The translations under genes were made by a program, and so were the position numbers. A stretch of DNA of 36,161 nucleotides from an uncultured Haliscomenobacter sp. (GTDB lineage: Bacteria > Bacteroidota > Bacteroidia > Chitinophagales > Saprospiraceae), in NCBI GenBank assembly GCA_964527495.1, contig CAZGOT010000002.1, forward strand, positions 1,740-37,900. The letters are read 5' to 3'. The notes under the pieces are model-generated. The model saw only the letters and a program-made list of their open reading frames with translations. It ran no database searches and was not told the origin of the DNA. Of the stretch, positions 17,085-26,646 are shown piece after piece (the stretch's first letter is position 1; each line of letters starts with the position of its first letter).

Positions 17085-17120
17085 TGAATGGCTTATGAGA
17101 TGACCCCGAACAGCAGAAAG

Positions 17121-17672
17121 CTATTCCAGAAATGGCAAAGCCAAGGCAAGAGCCGATAGGCTTTCATACCGAAAATGCAGCCTCTCAGCAGCATTTTCAA
17201 GTTCCAGGGCTTCCTCGGCTTTCCCTTCAATCAAGACCGTACGCATGCCCAGCCGGGAGGCAAAATCCATATCGCTGATAGAATCCCCAACCATCACCGA
17301 CCTGGAAAACTCAATTTCCGGGAAATCGCGTTGCGCCTGCAACGCCATTGCCGGATTTGGTTTGCGGCAATTATCCGGCTTTTCCTTCAGGTCGGGACAA
17401 AAATAAATGCCGTCTATCCTACCGCCTGCCTGCACAATCTCGGATAGCATCCGCTTGTGAATATCCTGGATATCCTCCTCCGTCATCAGTCCCTTTCCAA
17501 TTCCCTGCTGGTTGGTAACCACAATGATACGGCCAAAATACCCTGCAAAAAAGCGGAGTGCTTCCAGGGCACCCGGGATAAACCGGAATTCCCTCCACGT
17601 GAGGACATAACGACCCACCTGGCGATCATTAATAACCCCATCCCGATCTAGGAACAACGTGAATCCTTTCAT
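17121..17672 (-). CDS. HAD-IIIA family phosphatase (GmhB / histidinol-phosphatase-like)
   Basis: 183 aa. Motif I is FLDRDGVIN, motif II is IIVVTNQ, then CRKPNP and a GDSISD motif IV-like region. Confidence 0.7.
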   Translation of the reverse strand: MKGFTLFLDRDGVINDRQVGRYVLTWREFRFIPGALEALRFFAGYFGRIIVVTNQQGIGKGLMTEEDIQDIHKRMLSEIVQAGGRIDGIYFCPDLKEKPDNCRKPNPAMALQAQRDFPEIEFSRSVMVGDSISDMDFASRLGMRTVLIEGKAEEALELENAAERLHFRYESLSALALALPFLE

Positions 17673-17707
17673 TTATAATAATTAACAGGCATCTTCCCCC
17701 GCTTGTT

Positions 17708-18703
17708 TCAGCGGCCTTTTTCCGATTCCAGGATTCGGATATAATTAGCCCGCTCATACGCTTCGGGGTTGGATATGTTGCGCTGGCTCATCACCGCCCT
17801 GAACGATTCCACTGAAGAGAATCCCTGTCTGCGCATCCAGTCTTCCATTTCCTTTTGTATGACGGCCAGGTGTTCAATTCCATATTTGTACAATGCCGAA
17901 GCCGTCATTACGACATCTGCACCAGCGAGCAGGTATTTTATAGCTTCTTCCGCACCCTGTACTCCAGTGGTAGCTGCGAGGGAAACAGGCACTTTCCCAT
18001 ACAAAATGGCGAGCCAGAGCAAAGGCAGGCGGATTTCATTGGCTGTACTGTACTGCAAATCCGAAAGCACCTGCAAGCGTTCGATGTCAAAATCCGGCTG
18101 ATAAAACCTATTGAACAGCACCAGGGCATCCGCACCTGCTGTCGCCATCCGCATCGCCATATTACCCATAGAACTGAAATATGGATTGAGTTTTACTGCC
18201 AGTGGAATGCGCACAGTGCTTTTCAAGATACGGATGATATCCAGATAGCGCTGTTCTACCATTTCCGAACTCAGGCGGATATCCGCAGGGATGTAGAAAA
18301 TATTGACCTCCAGCCCATCAGCCCCTGCTTCTTCCATATCCCGGGCAAAGGTGGCCCAACCTTCGGGTGTAGTCCCGTTCAGACTGGCGATGATCGGAAT
18401 TCCTGTGCGCTCCTTGGCCATGCGGATATGCTCCAGGTATTGATCTGCTCCAAAATGAAATTCCTCTAAGGAAGGAAAATATCCACTGGCCTCTGCAAAG
18501 ACATTAGAAGTGGCAGCCAACAAGGCCTCCCGCCCCATTTCCTCCATGCGGATCTGCTCCTCAAATAAGGAAAAAAGCACCACGGCACCTGCCCCGGCAT
18601 CTTCCATCCGGAGAATATTGTCCAGGTCTTCTGAAAGTGGACAAGCGGATACCACAAGTGGCGAGCGCAAGGGAATACCCATATAATGCGTCCTTAAATC
18701 CAT
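17708..18703 (-). CDS. Dihydroorotate dehydrogenase-like FMN protein (PyrD/PreA-type TIM barrel, no ferredoxin domain)
   Basis: The start at ATG 18703 gives MDLRTHYMGIPLRSPLVVSACPLSEDLDNILRMEDAGAGAVVLFSLFEEQI. This is a DHOD-family fold pattern with a glycine-rich FMN phosphate-binding C-terminal part (ATTGVQGAEEAIKYLLAGADVV). Confidence 0.75.
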   Translation of the reverse strand: MDLRTHYMGIPLRSPLVVSACPLSEDLDNILRMEDAGAGAVVLFSLFEEQIRMEEMGREALLAATSNVFAEASGYFPSLEEFHFGADQYLEHIRMAKERTGIPIIASLNGTTPEGWATFARDMEEAGADGLEVNIFYIPADIRLSSEMVEQRYLDIIRILKSTVRIPLAVKLNPYFSSMGNMAMRMATAGADALVLFNRFYQPDFDIERLQVLSDLQYSTANEIRLPLLWLAILYGKVPVSLAATTGVQGAEEAIKYLLAGADVVMTASALYKYGIEHLAVIQKEMEDWMRRQGFSSVESFRAVMSQRNISNPEAYERANYIRILESEKGR

Positions 18704-18807
18704 ATTTATATTTTTTAAACGCCTTTTGAGCATTGCTTTGAAAGGGTGAAAAATGCTTCGGCCGCCAGAAAGAGATTTTGTTCCTTAACCACTAAGCCCT
18801 CTCCTAA

Positions 18808-18866
18808 GTATTTTGCCTCCTGCTGACAGCTCCCTTGGCTGGCAGGGGAACCTTTTTACACAACTT
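18808..18866 (+). repeat. Mosaic palindromic intergenic repeat, locus 8 (degenerate hairpin + A' box) between the PFOR and DHOD-like genes
   Basis: ggctggcaggggaacCTTTTTACACAACttc, with the A' box at 18852-18864. Compare gggccaggggCTTTTTACACAACtcc at 118-143. Confidence 0.7.
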
Positions 18867-18878
18867 CTATGCGCACAA

Positions 18879-21800
18879 TTACGCCACGGGCGTAAAATCC
18901 GAAGCTTTTTTCGTTGCCATTTCTTCATAGGTTTTCCAGCGCAGGTTAACGAGTTGCTGGGCAAGTTTCATCAACTCCTCCGCTTCAACGGGATTAGTGA
19001 GCGTTAGCTGCCGGTAGCGCATTTCCCGGTACGCATAATCCTTGAGTGCCGTTGTTGGCCTGGGGGAATCCAGGATAAAGGGGTTTTTATCCTTTTTTCG
19101 AAGCTCCGGATTATATCGCAACAAGGGCCAGTAGGCACTTTCCACCGCACGGCGCTGCTGGTCCAAACCTTCCTGCATATTGATGCCGTGGGCGATACAA
19201 TGGCTGTATGCCAAAATCAGAGAAGGGCCGTTATAAGCTTCTGCTTCCCGGATAGCCAGCAAGGTCTGTTGTGGATTAGCCCCAAAAGCCACTCGGGCCA
19301 CATACACATTGCCATAAGAAATCGCCTGCATGGCAAGGTCTTTTTTGCCCACCCGCTTTCCTGCTGCTGCAAATTTTGCCGATGCAGCTGTTGGCGTTGC
19401 TTTAGACATCTGACCACCGGTATTCGAGTATACCTCAGTGTCCAGTACCAGCACGTTGATATTGCGCCCGGTAGCCAGGACATGATCCAGACCACCATAA
19501 CCGATATCGTAGGCCCAGCCATCCCCACCCACCAGCCAGACGCTCCGGTGGACTAATTGGCCTGCCACTGATTCCAATTGTCGTGCTTCGGGGTCTGCAA
19601 TCTCTTTTAGCCTTTTGAGCAATTCTTCTACCTTCTGATACTGGTCCTGAATTTCCGATTCGTTTACCTGAGGGGAACCCATGAGGGCGTCCACCAGGTC
19701 TTGACCGATTTTTGGCGCGAGTTTGCCGAGAAGCATCCCGGCATATTCCATTTGCTTATCCGCCGTAATCCGCATCCCGAGCCCGAATTCGGCATTGTCC
19801 TCAAACAGGGAATTAGACCAACTTGGCCCCTTGCCTTTGGCGTTGGCTGCCCAGGGCGTAGTTGGCAAATTACCCCCGAAAATAGAGGAGCAGCCAGTCG
19901 CATTGGCTACGAGGAGGCGCTCCCCAAACAACTGTGTAAGCAATTTGATATAGGGCGTTTCGCCACAGCCGGCACATGCCCCCGAGAATTCAAACAAAGG
20001 CTCCAGGAACTGCGCCCCATGGACGATGGAGAAGTTGACCCTGCTGCGGTCATTCCATGGCAAAGCTTCAAAAAATCCGATATTCCTGCGTTCCTGCTCC
20101 AGTATTGGCGCTTTATCCCCCATATTGATTGCCTTCCTCGTCCGGTCGTGAGAATCGGTTGCGGGACAGGCTTCGACACAAAGTTCACATCCAGTACAAT
20201 CTTCCAGATAAACCTGCAGGGCATATTTCGTCTCCGGAAAACCCCGCGCATTGATAGGTGCAGATTTAAACCCCTGCGGTGCCTCCTCCAGAAAACCTTC
20301 GTTAAAAAATTTCGCGCGTATCACGCTATGGGGGCATACAAAAGCACAATTTCCACACTGAATACACAATTCGGGTTCCCAAATCGCTACCAGGTCACTG
20401 ACATTGCGCTTTTCCCATTGAGTTGTACCACTGGGAAATGTCCCATCGAGAGGCATTTTGCTGACTGGCAGTTCATCGCCACGGTCGGCCATCATAAGCG
20501 CCGTAACTTCCTTAACAAAAGGCGGAGCAGCCTCCGGAACTACCGCTCCGAGAGAAGTCAGGGAGGTCACCCTTCCGGGTACCTGAACTTCAAACAAGTG
20601 ATCCAAAGTAGCATCAACTGCCTGGAAATTCTTTTCGACTACTGTTTTGCCTTTCTTTTTATACGTTTTTTCAATTGCTCCCTTGATTTGGGCAATCGCT
20701 TCTTCCCGCGGCAACACGCCGGAAAGGGCGAAAAAGCAAGTTTGCATAATGGTATTGATCCGGGAGCCCATACCATTGTCCCTTGCCACAGCAGTGGCAT
20801 CTATAACATAAAACTTCAGCTTTTTATCAATTATAGATTGCTGGATATTACCTGGCAACTGATCCCAAACCGTTTCAGGCGGGAAAGGGCTATTCAGCAA
20901 AAACGTTGCACCAGTTTTCGCCCGCCGCAGCATTTCGACCTTTTGCGTAAAGTTGAACTGATGGCAGGCAATGAAATCAGCCTGGTTGAGCAGATAAGGC
21001 GCCCGGATAGGACTGGGCCCAAATCGAAGGTGCGAAACCGTTCGGGCTCCGGATTTTTTTGAATCATACACAAAATATCCCTGAGCGTACAAAGGTGTAT
21101 TTTCCCCAATGATTTTGATGCTATTTTTATTTGCTCCAACAGTACCGTCAGCACCCAAACCAAAAAACATGGCCTGCGTCCAACGGGATTCATCCAGCGT
21201 GAAGGAAGGGTCATAATCCAGACTGGTAAACGAAATATCATCATTAATCCCAATAGTAAATTGTGTTTTTGGATCCGGCTTTTTGAGTTCATCAAAAATG
21301 CCTTTTACCATTGCAGGGGTAAACTCTTTGGAAGAAAGGCCATACCTTCCCCCACATAATTGCGGTAAGCGGGAAATTTTCCCCTTTTGCAAAGCCAATA
21401 CCAAGGCAGACATCACATCCTGAAACAACGGCTCTGCACTGGCACCTGGTTCTTTAGTCCGGTCCATAACGGCAATTGCCTGTACACTGGAAGGAAGGGC
21501 ATCGAGGAAATACGATGCCGGGAAAGGCCGGTACAACCGTATCTGCAGCACCCCGGTATGCTCCCCCTGCTGATTAAGCGCGAGTGCAGTTTCAACAGCC
21601 GTTTCTCCTCCCGAACCCATCAGGATGATCACCCGGTCTGCCTGGGGGTCGCCAGAATACTCTACAAGGCCGTATTTCCTGCCTGTTACCCCTTCAAACT
21701 TTTCCATTACCTCTGCGACAATACCCGGCGTAGCCTGGTAAAAGGGGTTTACAGCCTCCCTGCCCTGGAAATATACATCGGGGTTTTGGGCAGTACCCCG

Positions 21801-22460
21801 TACAAAAGGCCGATCGGGGTTCATGGCCCGCGACCTATGCGCAAAAACCCCTTCTTCCGGTATCATTTCCCGGATTTGTGCTGCGCTCAGCAAATCCACT
21901 TTATTGACTTCATGGGAAGTTCGGAAACCATCGAAAAAATGCAGAAAGGGAACCCTGGAGCGTAGGCTCGCAGCTTGTGCAATCAGAGCAAAATCATGGG
22001 CTTCTTGTACACTGGCTGAACTCAACATGGCAAAACCGGTGGCACGGGCGGCCATAACATCCTGGTGATCGCCAAAAATTGAGAGTCCCTGGGCTGCCAG
22101 TGCCCTGGCAGCAATATGAAAAACTGTTGGGGTAAGCTCCCCGGCAATTTTGTACATATTGGGCAACATCAGCATCAAACCTTGGGATGCCGTAAAGGTT
22201 GTGGTAAGAGAACCCGTCTGTAGCGCCCCATGCACTGCCCCTGCAGCCCCCCCTTCACTCTGCATTTCAATGACCTCCGGTACGACATCCCAGATGTTCC
22301 GGATGCCCTTTGCTGCCCATTCATCGGCAAACTCTGCCATGTTAGAGGATGGAGTAATAGGATAAATGGCACATACCTCATTCACACGGTAAGCCGTGTA
22401 AGCAGTGGCCTCATTGCCATCAATCATCGCAATACTTTTCTGTTGTTGTGCTGCTGACAT
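18879..22460 (-). CDS. nifJ: Pyruvate:ferredoxin (flavodoxin) oxidoreductase, single-polypeptide NifJ type
   Basis: About 1190 aa from ATG 22460 (MSAAQQQKSIAMIDGNEATAYTAYRVNEVCAIYPITPSS). It has a two-[4Fe-4S] domain (CIQCGNCAFVCPH, CTGCELCVEACP) and a TPP-binding region (GGDGWAYDIGYGGLDHV). Confidence 0.92.
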   Translation of the reverse strand: MSAAQQQKSIAMIDGNEATAYTAYRVNEVCAIYPITPSSNMAEFADEWAAKGIRNIWDVVPEVIEMQSEGGAAGAVHGALQTGSLTTTFTASQGLMLMLPNMYKIAGELTPTVFHIAARALAAQGLSIFGDHQDVMAARATGFAMLSSASVQEAHDFALIAQAASLRSRVPFLHFFDGFRTSHEVNKVDLLSAAQIREMIPEEGVFAHRSRAMNPDRPFVRGTAQNPDVYFQGREAVNPFYQATPGIVAEVMEKFEGVTGRKYGLVEYSGDPQADRVIILMGSGGETAVETALALNQQGEHTGVLQIRLYRPFPASYFLDALPSSVQAIAVMDRTKEPGASAEPLFQDVMSALVLALQKGKISRLPQLCGGRYGLSSKEFTPAMVKGIFDELKKPDPKTQFTIGINDDISFTSLDYDPSFTLDESRWTQAMFFGLGADGTVGANKNSIKIIGENTPLYAQGYFVYDSKKSGARTVSHLRFGPSPIRAPYLLNQADFIACHQFNFTQKVEMLRRAKTGATFLLNSPFPPETVWDQLPGNIQQSIIDKKLKFYVIDATAVARDNGMGSRINTIMQTCFFALSGVLPREEAIAQIKGAIEKTYKKKGKTVVEKNFQAVDATLDHLFEVQVPGRVTSLTSLGAVVPEAAPPFVKEVTALMMADRGDELPVSKMPLDGTFPSGTTQWEKRNVSDLVAIWEPELCIQCGNCAFVCPHSVIRAKFFNEGFLEEAPQGFKSAPINARGFPETKYALQVYLEDCTGCELCVEACPATDSHDRTRKAINMGDKAPILEQERRNIGFFEALPWNDRSRVNFSIVHGAQFLEPLFEFSGACAGCGETPYIKLLTQLFGERLLVANATGCSSIFGGNLPTTPWAANAKGKGPSWSNSLFEDNAEFGLGMRITADKQMEYAGMLLGKLAPKIGQDLVDALMGSPQVNESEIQDQYQKVEELLKRLKEIADPEARQLESVAGQLVHRSVWLVGGDGWAYDIGYGGLDHVLATGRNINVLVLDTEVYSNTGGQMSKATPTAASAKFAAAGKRVGKKDLAMQAISYGNVYVARVAFGANPQQTLLAIREAEAYNGPSLILAYSHCIAHGINMQEGLDQQRRAVESAYWPLLRYNPELRKKDKNPFILDSPRPTTALKDYAYREMRYRQLTLTNPVEAEELMKLAQQLVNLRWKTYEEMATKKASDFTPVA

Positions 22461-22614
22461 CGCAAACTGATTTTGGGGGCTTGTGTGACAAAAATTTTTC
22501 AACTTACCCGGTGCTGTGCTTATAAATCCGTTTCTCCTGCTACTTTCCGGCGCTGAAGGCAGCTTCTTTTGACCGGGGTATAATTTTATACCTCCATTCC
22601 GTTCAGAATGACGC

Positions 22615-24246
22615 TCAGGCCTCTGGTATCATCTCTATGGCAAAGCAAGGACACTGCTCAAAGCATACCGCACAGCCAGTACAAGCCTCATAATCAAATG
22701 TATAGCGCTTGCCAGGTCCAAGTTTAATAATCGCATCTTCCGGACAGGCACCATAACAGCCATCACATTCGAAACAATTTCCACAGCTCAGACAGCGCAT
22801 AGACTCGTAGCGGGCTTCCTTTTCGGACAGGCCTGCAACCACTTCCTCAAAACTTTTGATTGCTACAGCAGGCGGAAGCTTTTCCTGCTCCTGCTGAGGA
22901 GCATCGGTTTTATACCAAAGGTGCATTTTCCGGAACAATGCCGTCCCATGCTTCTCTGGTTTCTGATAAACCTCTCCTTTTAAAAATGCATCTATATATT
23001 TGGCCGCTTTTCTGCCATGTCCAATCGCTATTACCACCCCTCTTTCCCCCCCAATGACATCCCCACCAGCAAAAATACCGGGATAGCCCGTCATACGGCC
23101 TTCATCTACGAGGATGGTGCCGTCTTCCTTAAGCCTGATTCCATCTGCATTTTGTAAAAAAGTAGTATCTGATTCCTGCCCGGTAGCGAGGATAAGGGCA
23201 TCTGCTTCTACGGTTTCGAAAGTTCCAGTGCCCGTGATCTTTCCATTATCCAGTTGCATAATTTCCACCGAAAAGCTGTTACCATCAATTTGCCGGATGC
23301 TACGCAGCAATTGCACATCAATTCCTTCGGCAATCGCATCGTCGGCCTCAAAATCGTAGGCTGGCATCAGCTTTTTGTCGCCACTGTACAAGACCTTGGA
23401 GTCTACCCCCAGTCGGCGCATAACCCTGGACAGATAAAGTGCCAGCTTCCCTCCGCCATAGACGATTACGCTTTTGCCCAAATTAGGCACTTGCCCGATA
23501 GCAAGGGCATGCAAAACTTTAAATGCATCCAGTACCGGGACTGGGTTATGCAGTACAATAGCTTCTCTTTTGCTGGCCTGCGCCCCAATCCCCAGAAAAA
23601 CCGCATCGAATCTTCCTAGCTGTTTTTCTGTCAGCACATCATATACTTTTCGATTAAAGTGAAACCTTATACCCATTGCTTTCAGTCGCCCGATTTCCGC
23701 ATCCCGGATATCTGCGGGAAGCCGATACGAAGGAATCCCAAAATGCAGTAGCCCCCCCGGCTGGTCAAGGGCTTCATAAATTTCGACTGTATGCCCCATC
23801 CTGGTGAGATGGTAGGCAGCAGATAAACCAGCGGGGCCAGCGCCTACTACCAATACCCGTTTTCCCCCTGGAATCGGGGTATAGGCTATTTCCCATTTTT
23901 CTTCTATTCCTTTATCGCCGATAAACCTTTCCACCGCATGGATATTTACCCTTTCGTCAATTTGGGTGCGATTGCACCCGGTTTCACAGGGACGCACGCA
24001 TATCCTGCCGCTAATGGAAGGAAAGGGATTATCTTCCACCAGTTTTTGAAAAGCAGCAAAATAATTTCCGGCCTGGGCATCGGCCAGCCAGGCTTGGATA
24101 TTCTCCCCTGCCGGACAGGCACGGTTGCAGGGCGGAAGAAAATCCTGATAAACTGGTATCCGTGACCGGATTGCCCCGGTGCTTTCGCCATGGTCAAAAA
24201 GATTGGTCGCCTTGGTCAAATCCGCTTCAGGAGAACGCATAAGCAT
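22615..24246 (-). CDS. GltD-like NAD(P)H-dependent FAD/Fe-S oxidoreductase with a C-terminal 2x[4Fe-4S] ferredoxin domain
   Basis: 543 aa. N-terminal Cys clusters (PPCNRACPAGENIQ, RPCETGCNR). Dinucleotide folds VLVVGAGPAGLSAAYHL and VIVYGGGKLALYLSR. C-terminus has CLSCGNCFECDGCYGACP and CTGCAVCFEQCPCFAI. Confidence 0.8.
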   Translation of the reverse strand: MLMRSPEADLTKATNLFDHGESTGAIRSRIPVYQDFLPPCNRACPAGENIQAWLADAQAGNYFAAFQKLVEDNPFPSISGRICVRPCETGCNRTQIDERVNIHAVERFIGDKGIEEKWEIAYTPIPGGKRVLVVGAGPAGLSAAYHLTRMGHTVEIYEALDQPGGLLHFGIPSYRLPADIRDAEIGRLKAMGIRFHFNRKVYDVLTEKQLGRFDAVFLGIGAQASKREAIVLHNPVPVLDAFKVLHALAIGQVPNLGKSVIVYGGGKLALYLSRVMRRLGVDSKVLYSGDKKLMPAYDFEADDAIAEGIDVQLLRSIRQIDGNSFSVEIMQLDNGKITGTGTFETVEADALILATGQESDTTFLQNADGIRLKEDGTILVDEGRMTGYPGIFAGGDVIGGERGVVIAIGHGRKAAKYIDAFLKGEVYQKPEKHGTALFRKMHLWYKTDAPQQEQEKLPPAVAIKSFEEVVAGLSEKEARYESMRCLSCGNCFECDGCYGACPEDAIIKLGPGKRYTFDYEACTGCAVCFEQCPCFAIEMIPEA

Positions 24247-24355
24247 CGTTTTTTACATGCGCTAAATAGTTAATGGGATAAACTTAGCGCAACCAGGACG
24301 TTTTGCCTATGATTTTCGTCACCTGAAAAGGAAAATTTATACCTCTCGCATTCAT

Positions 24356-24441
24356 ATTCCGCCACCTGCGGCGACGAAAGAAAGTTTTGAAGAGGCTGTT
24401 CGAAAAGTCTTTTGGCGGCTTGCGTCGCCAATAATTATTTT
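24356..24441 (+). repeat. Mosaic palindromic intergenic repeat, locus 9 (inverted B2 unit, degenerate A box, B1 hairpin)
   Basis: 24356-24390 attccgccacctgcggcgacgaaagaaagttttga is the reverse complement of a B2 unit. Then gaggctgttcgaaaag (degenerate A). Then TTTGGCGGCttgcGTCGCCAA at 24411-24431 followed by taattatttt, as at 6555-6585. Confidence 0.8.
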
Positions 24442-24541
24442 AGGACAGGATCCATCATAACTCCTTCCCTCAACCATTCCCTATATTTGGGGTTAAGTCA
24501 AAAATGGGTTGCCTGGGCAGCGCAGCTACTCGAAAATAGCA

Positions 24542-26440
24542 ATGAAGGAACTGAAAGAATTATTCGAACTGCAGGAACTCCTGCAACTGGAGAAAGCGGA
24601 AGACTTTGAAGCTTACAAGCGCAAAATGGAACGCCTACCGCTTCCTGCCAGGCGAAAAGAGGGCTATGCCTGGTTTCCCCTGAAAATAATCCAGAAAGGA
24701 TATGCCATTGGTGAAAGGGCTTTTGTAGTGGTGGAAAGGACTGTACTCCAGGGGGAGGCACATCAGTTCCGCCCAGGTAAATCCGTTACCCTCTTCTCCA
24801 TGGCACCACACGAGCGGAACCCCGATCGGGGCGGAGTAGTATACTTCGTGGATAAAGACCGGATGAAAATTATCCTCCAGGCCCGGGATTTTCCCGACTG
24901 GTTAGAGAATGGCCAGGTCGCTGTACAAATCGCCTTTGATGAACGCACCTACCAGGAAATGGAAAAGGCACTGAACAAGGTCATCACAGCAAAAAAAGGG
25001 CGATTGGCGGAGCTTCGGGCTATTTTTCTTGGGGAAAAGCCCGCATCCTTCTACCCTTTAGGGCCCGTTCCGGATATTCCCCGGTTGAACGATTCCCAAA
25101 AAAAAGCCGTACAGCAAATTCTCTCCGCCCAAGACCTTGCACTCGTCCATGGACCACCAGGTACGGGAAAAACAACTACGCTGGTCCAGGCAGTCCGGCT
25201 ACTTTGCCAAACGGAACAAACCGTATTAGTTACCGCTCCCAGCAATACCGCTGTAGATTTACTGACCGAACGCCTTTTTGAGGAAGGGTTAAACGTAGTG
25301 CGCGTGGGTAATATTTCCAGAGTTGAAGAAGGCCTCTTGCAACACACGCTCGATGCATTGGTCGCCCAACATCCGGAAAGCCGAAATATTCGGAAAATAA
25401 AAGTCCGGGCTGCCGAGCTCAGGCGACAAGCGCAGCGCTATCGCCGCCACTTTGGCGCAGAAGAGCGCCAGGAAAAACAAGACCTCTGGCAAGAGGCGCG
25501 CGAACTTGCTGCCTGGGCCAACCAGATGGAAGAGCGCCTGATCGAACAAATCCTCGATACCGCACAGGTCATCACCTGCACACTGGTAGGGGCTGCCCAT
25601 CCTGTACTTGAAAATCGGAAGTTCCGTACCATAGTAGTGGATGAAGCTGCACAAGCGCTCGAGCCTGCCACCTGGATTCCCATTAGTAAAGCCTCCCGTG
25701 TAGTACTCACGGGTGATCCCCACCAACTGCCCCCCACCGTGAAATCGCTGGAAGCTGCCCGTAGGGGCCTGAATATTACCCTCATGGAAAAATGCCTGCA
25801 ACAGTCCATGGAGGCAACCCTCCTGGATGTCCAGTACCGCATGCACCAGGCAATTATGGGGTTTTCCAACCAATATTTCTACCAAAACCGCCTCCAGGCC
25901 GACCCCTCCGTTGCCGCACGCAGTTTGCCCGCTGGCGACAAACGCCCCCTTCTGTTTATTGACACTGCAGGCTGTGGCTTTGAAGAACAAGTCAACCCCG
26001 CATACCAAAGCCGCTTTAACCCGGATGAGTTCCGCATCCTTTGCGAACACCTCTATTTTTTCGTAGATGCGTTTGTGGAAAAAGAATATCCTTCGGTAGC
26101 TATTATCTCTCCCTACCGGGAACAAGTGGCCTATATGCAGGAACATCTGGCAAACGATACACTGCTCCAAAAGCTCCCTATCGAAGTAAATACGATTGAT
26201 GGCTACCAGGGACAGGAAAAAGATGTGGTCTATATTTCATTGGTGCGCTCCAACTCCAAAGGGGATATTGGGTTCCTCCAGGACTTCCGCCGCATGAACG
26301 TGGCCATGACCCGGGCCAGGAAACAACTCGTGATTATAGGGGATAGCGCCACTATCTGCCGCTCCCCGTTTTATGTCGCCCTGGTGGAATATTGCGAGCA
26401 GTTCGGTGCCTGCGAAACGGCATGGGACTATATGATGTAA
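24542..26440 (+). CDS. Superfamily 1 helicase, Upf1/IGHMBP2-like (DNA2/NAM7 family)
   Basis: Walker A GPPGTGKTTT, motif II VVDEAAQ, motif III LTGDPHQLPPTV, QYRMH, motif V TIDGYQGQEKDVVYISLVRSN, motif VI RRMNVAMTRARKQLVIIGD. I prefer the ATG at 24542 (MKELKELF) over the upstream track start. Confidence 0.85.
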   Translation: MKELKELFELQELLQLEKAEDFEAYKRKMERLPLPARRKEGYAWFPLKIIQKGYAIGERAFVVVERTVLQGEAHQFRPGKSVTLFSMAPHERNPDRGGVVYFVDKDRMKIILQARDFPDWLENGQVAVQIAFDERTYQEMEKALNKVITAKKGRLAELRAIFLGEKPASFYPLGPVPDIPRLNDSQKKAVQQILSAQDLALVHGPPGTGKTTTLVQAVRLLCQTEQTVLVTAPSNTAVDLLTERLFEEGLNVVRVGNISRVEEGLLQHTLDALVAQHPESRNIRKIKVRAAELRRQAQRYRRHFGAEERQEKQDLWQEARELAAWANQMEERLIEQILDTAQVITCTLVGAAHPVLENRKFRTIVVDEAAQALEPATWIPISKASRVVLTGDPHQLPPTVKSLEAARRGLNITLMEKCLQQSMEATLLDVQYRMHQAIMGFSNQYFYQNRLQADPSVAARSLPAGDKRPLLFIDTAGCGFEEQVNPAYQSRFNPDEFRILCEHLYFFVDAFVEKEYPSVAIISPYREQVAYMQEHLANDTLLQKLPIEVNTIDGYQGQEKDVVYISLVRSNSKGDIGFLQDFRRMNVAMTRARKQLVIIGDSATICRSPFYVALVEYCEQFGACETAWDYMM

Positions 26441-26445
26441 AATGC

Positions 26446-26492
26446 AGGAAGCCTTTTTTCCTTTTGCCGGGCAAAAGGAAAAAAGGCTTCCT
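26446..26492. terminator. Long hairpin immediately after the helicase stop (terminator-like)
   Basis: aggaagccttttttccttttgcc / ggcaaaaggaaaaaaggcttcct, a perfect palindrome of about 23 bp starting 6 nt after the TAA at 26438-26440. There is no clean downstream U-tract. Confidence 0.5.
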
Positions 26493-26500
26493 ACATTTGG

Positions 26501-26646
26501 ATATTTGGCGGCTTGCGCCGCCATAGAATATTTTTTTAAAACGCTTATTTCATTGATTTTGCTTCGCAAAATCAATGAAATAAGCGTTTTAAAAAATTTT
26601 ATGGGTTCGTGTAGAAAGGACGGAGGCCGTCCTTTTTACACGAACC
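26501..26646 (+). repeat. Mosaic palindromic intergenic repeat, locus 10 (B1, C hairpin, then an A-S-A' hairpin)
   Basis: B1 TTTGGCGGCttgcGCCGCCA at 26504-26523. C arms at 26532-26562 and 26566-26596 (perfect 31 bp, loop ttc). A-like GGGTTCGTGTAGAAAG plus gacggaggccgtcc plus TTTTTACACGAACC forms a 20-bp stem (26604-26623 / 26627-26646, one G-T) that ends 5 nt from the gldN stop. Confidence 0.88.

Noticed and set aside
16637-17098. Small ORFs encoded inside the repeat loci (62-352, 2940-3302, 4124-4309, 6302-6715, 16637-17098, 26237-26708). Their products share peptides such as FGGVSRQ, WRRQPP..GLRPFYTTP and LFSLILLRKINEN.
   Set aside because: The shared peptides are just translations of the A, B and C nucleotide modules in various frames and on both strands. 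The ORFs begin and end within palindromes and have no independent coding signal. A gene caller might report them as a hypothetical protein family.
19701-21062. Long antisense ORFs inside well-supported genes: 453 aa opposite PFOR, 8119-8943 opposite pnp, 25289-26170 opposite the helicase, 28638-29237 opposite gldM, 30090-30659 opposite gldK, 12381-12935 opposite etfB and 11128-11472 opposite etfA.
   Set aside because: Each lies fully within a gene that has strong family motifs on the other strand. Their translations are low-complexity or Arg/Ser/Pro-rich with no recognisable motifs. They are typical shadow ORFs.
22471-22500. ttttgggggcttgtgtgacaaaaattttt just upstream of the PFOR start, as a twelfth repeat locus.
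   Set aside because: It has only a loose resemblance to the A box and no B, C or A' partner nearby. It is too degenerate to call.
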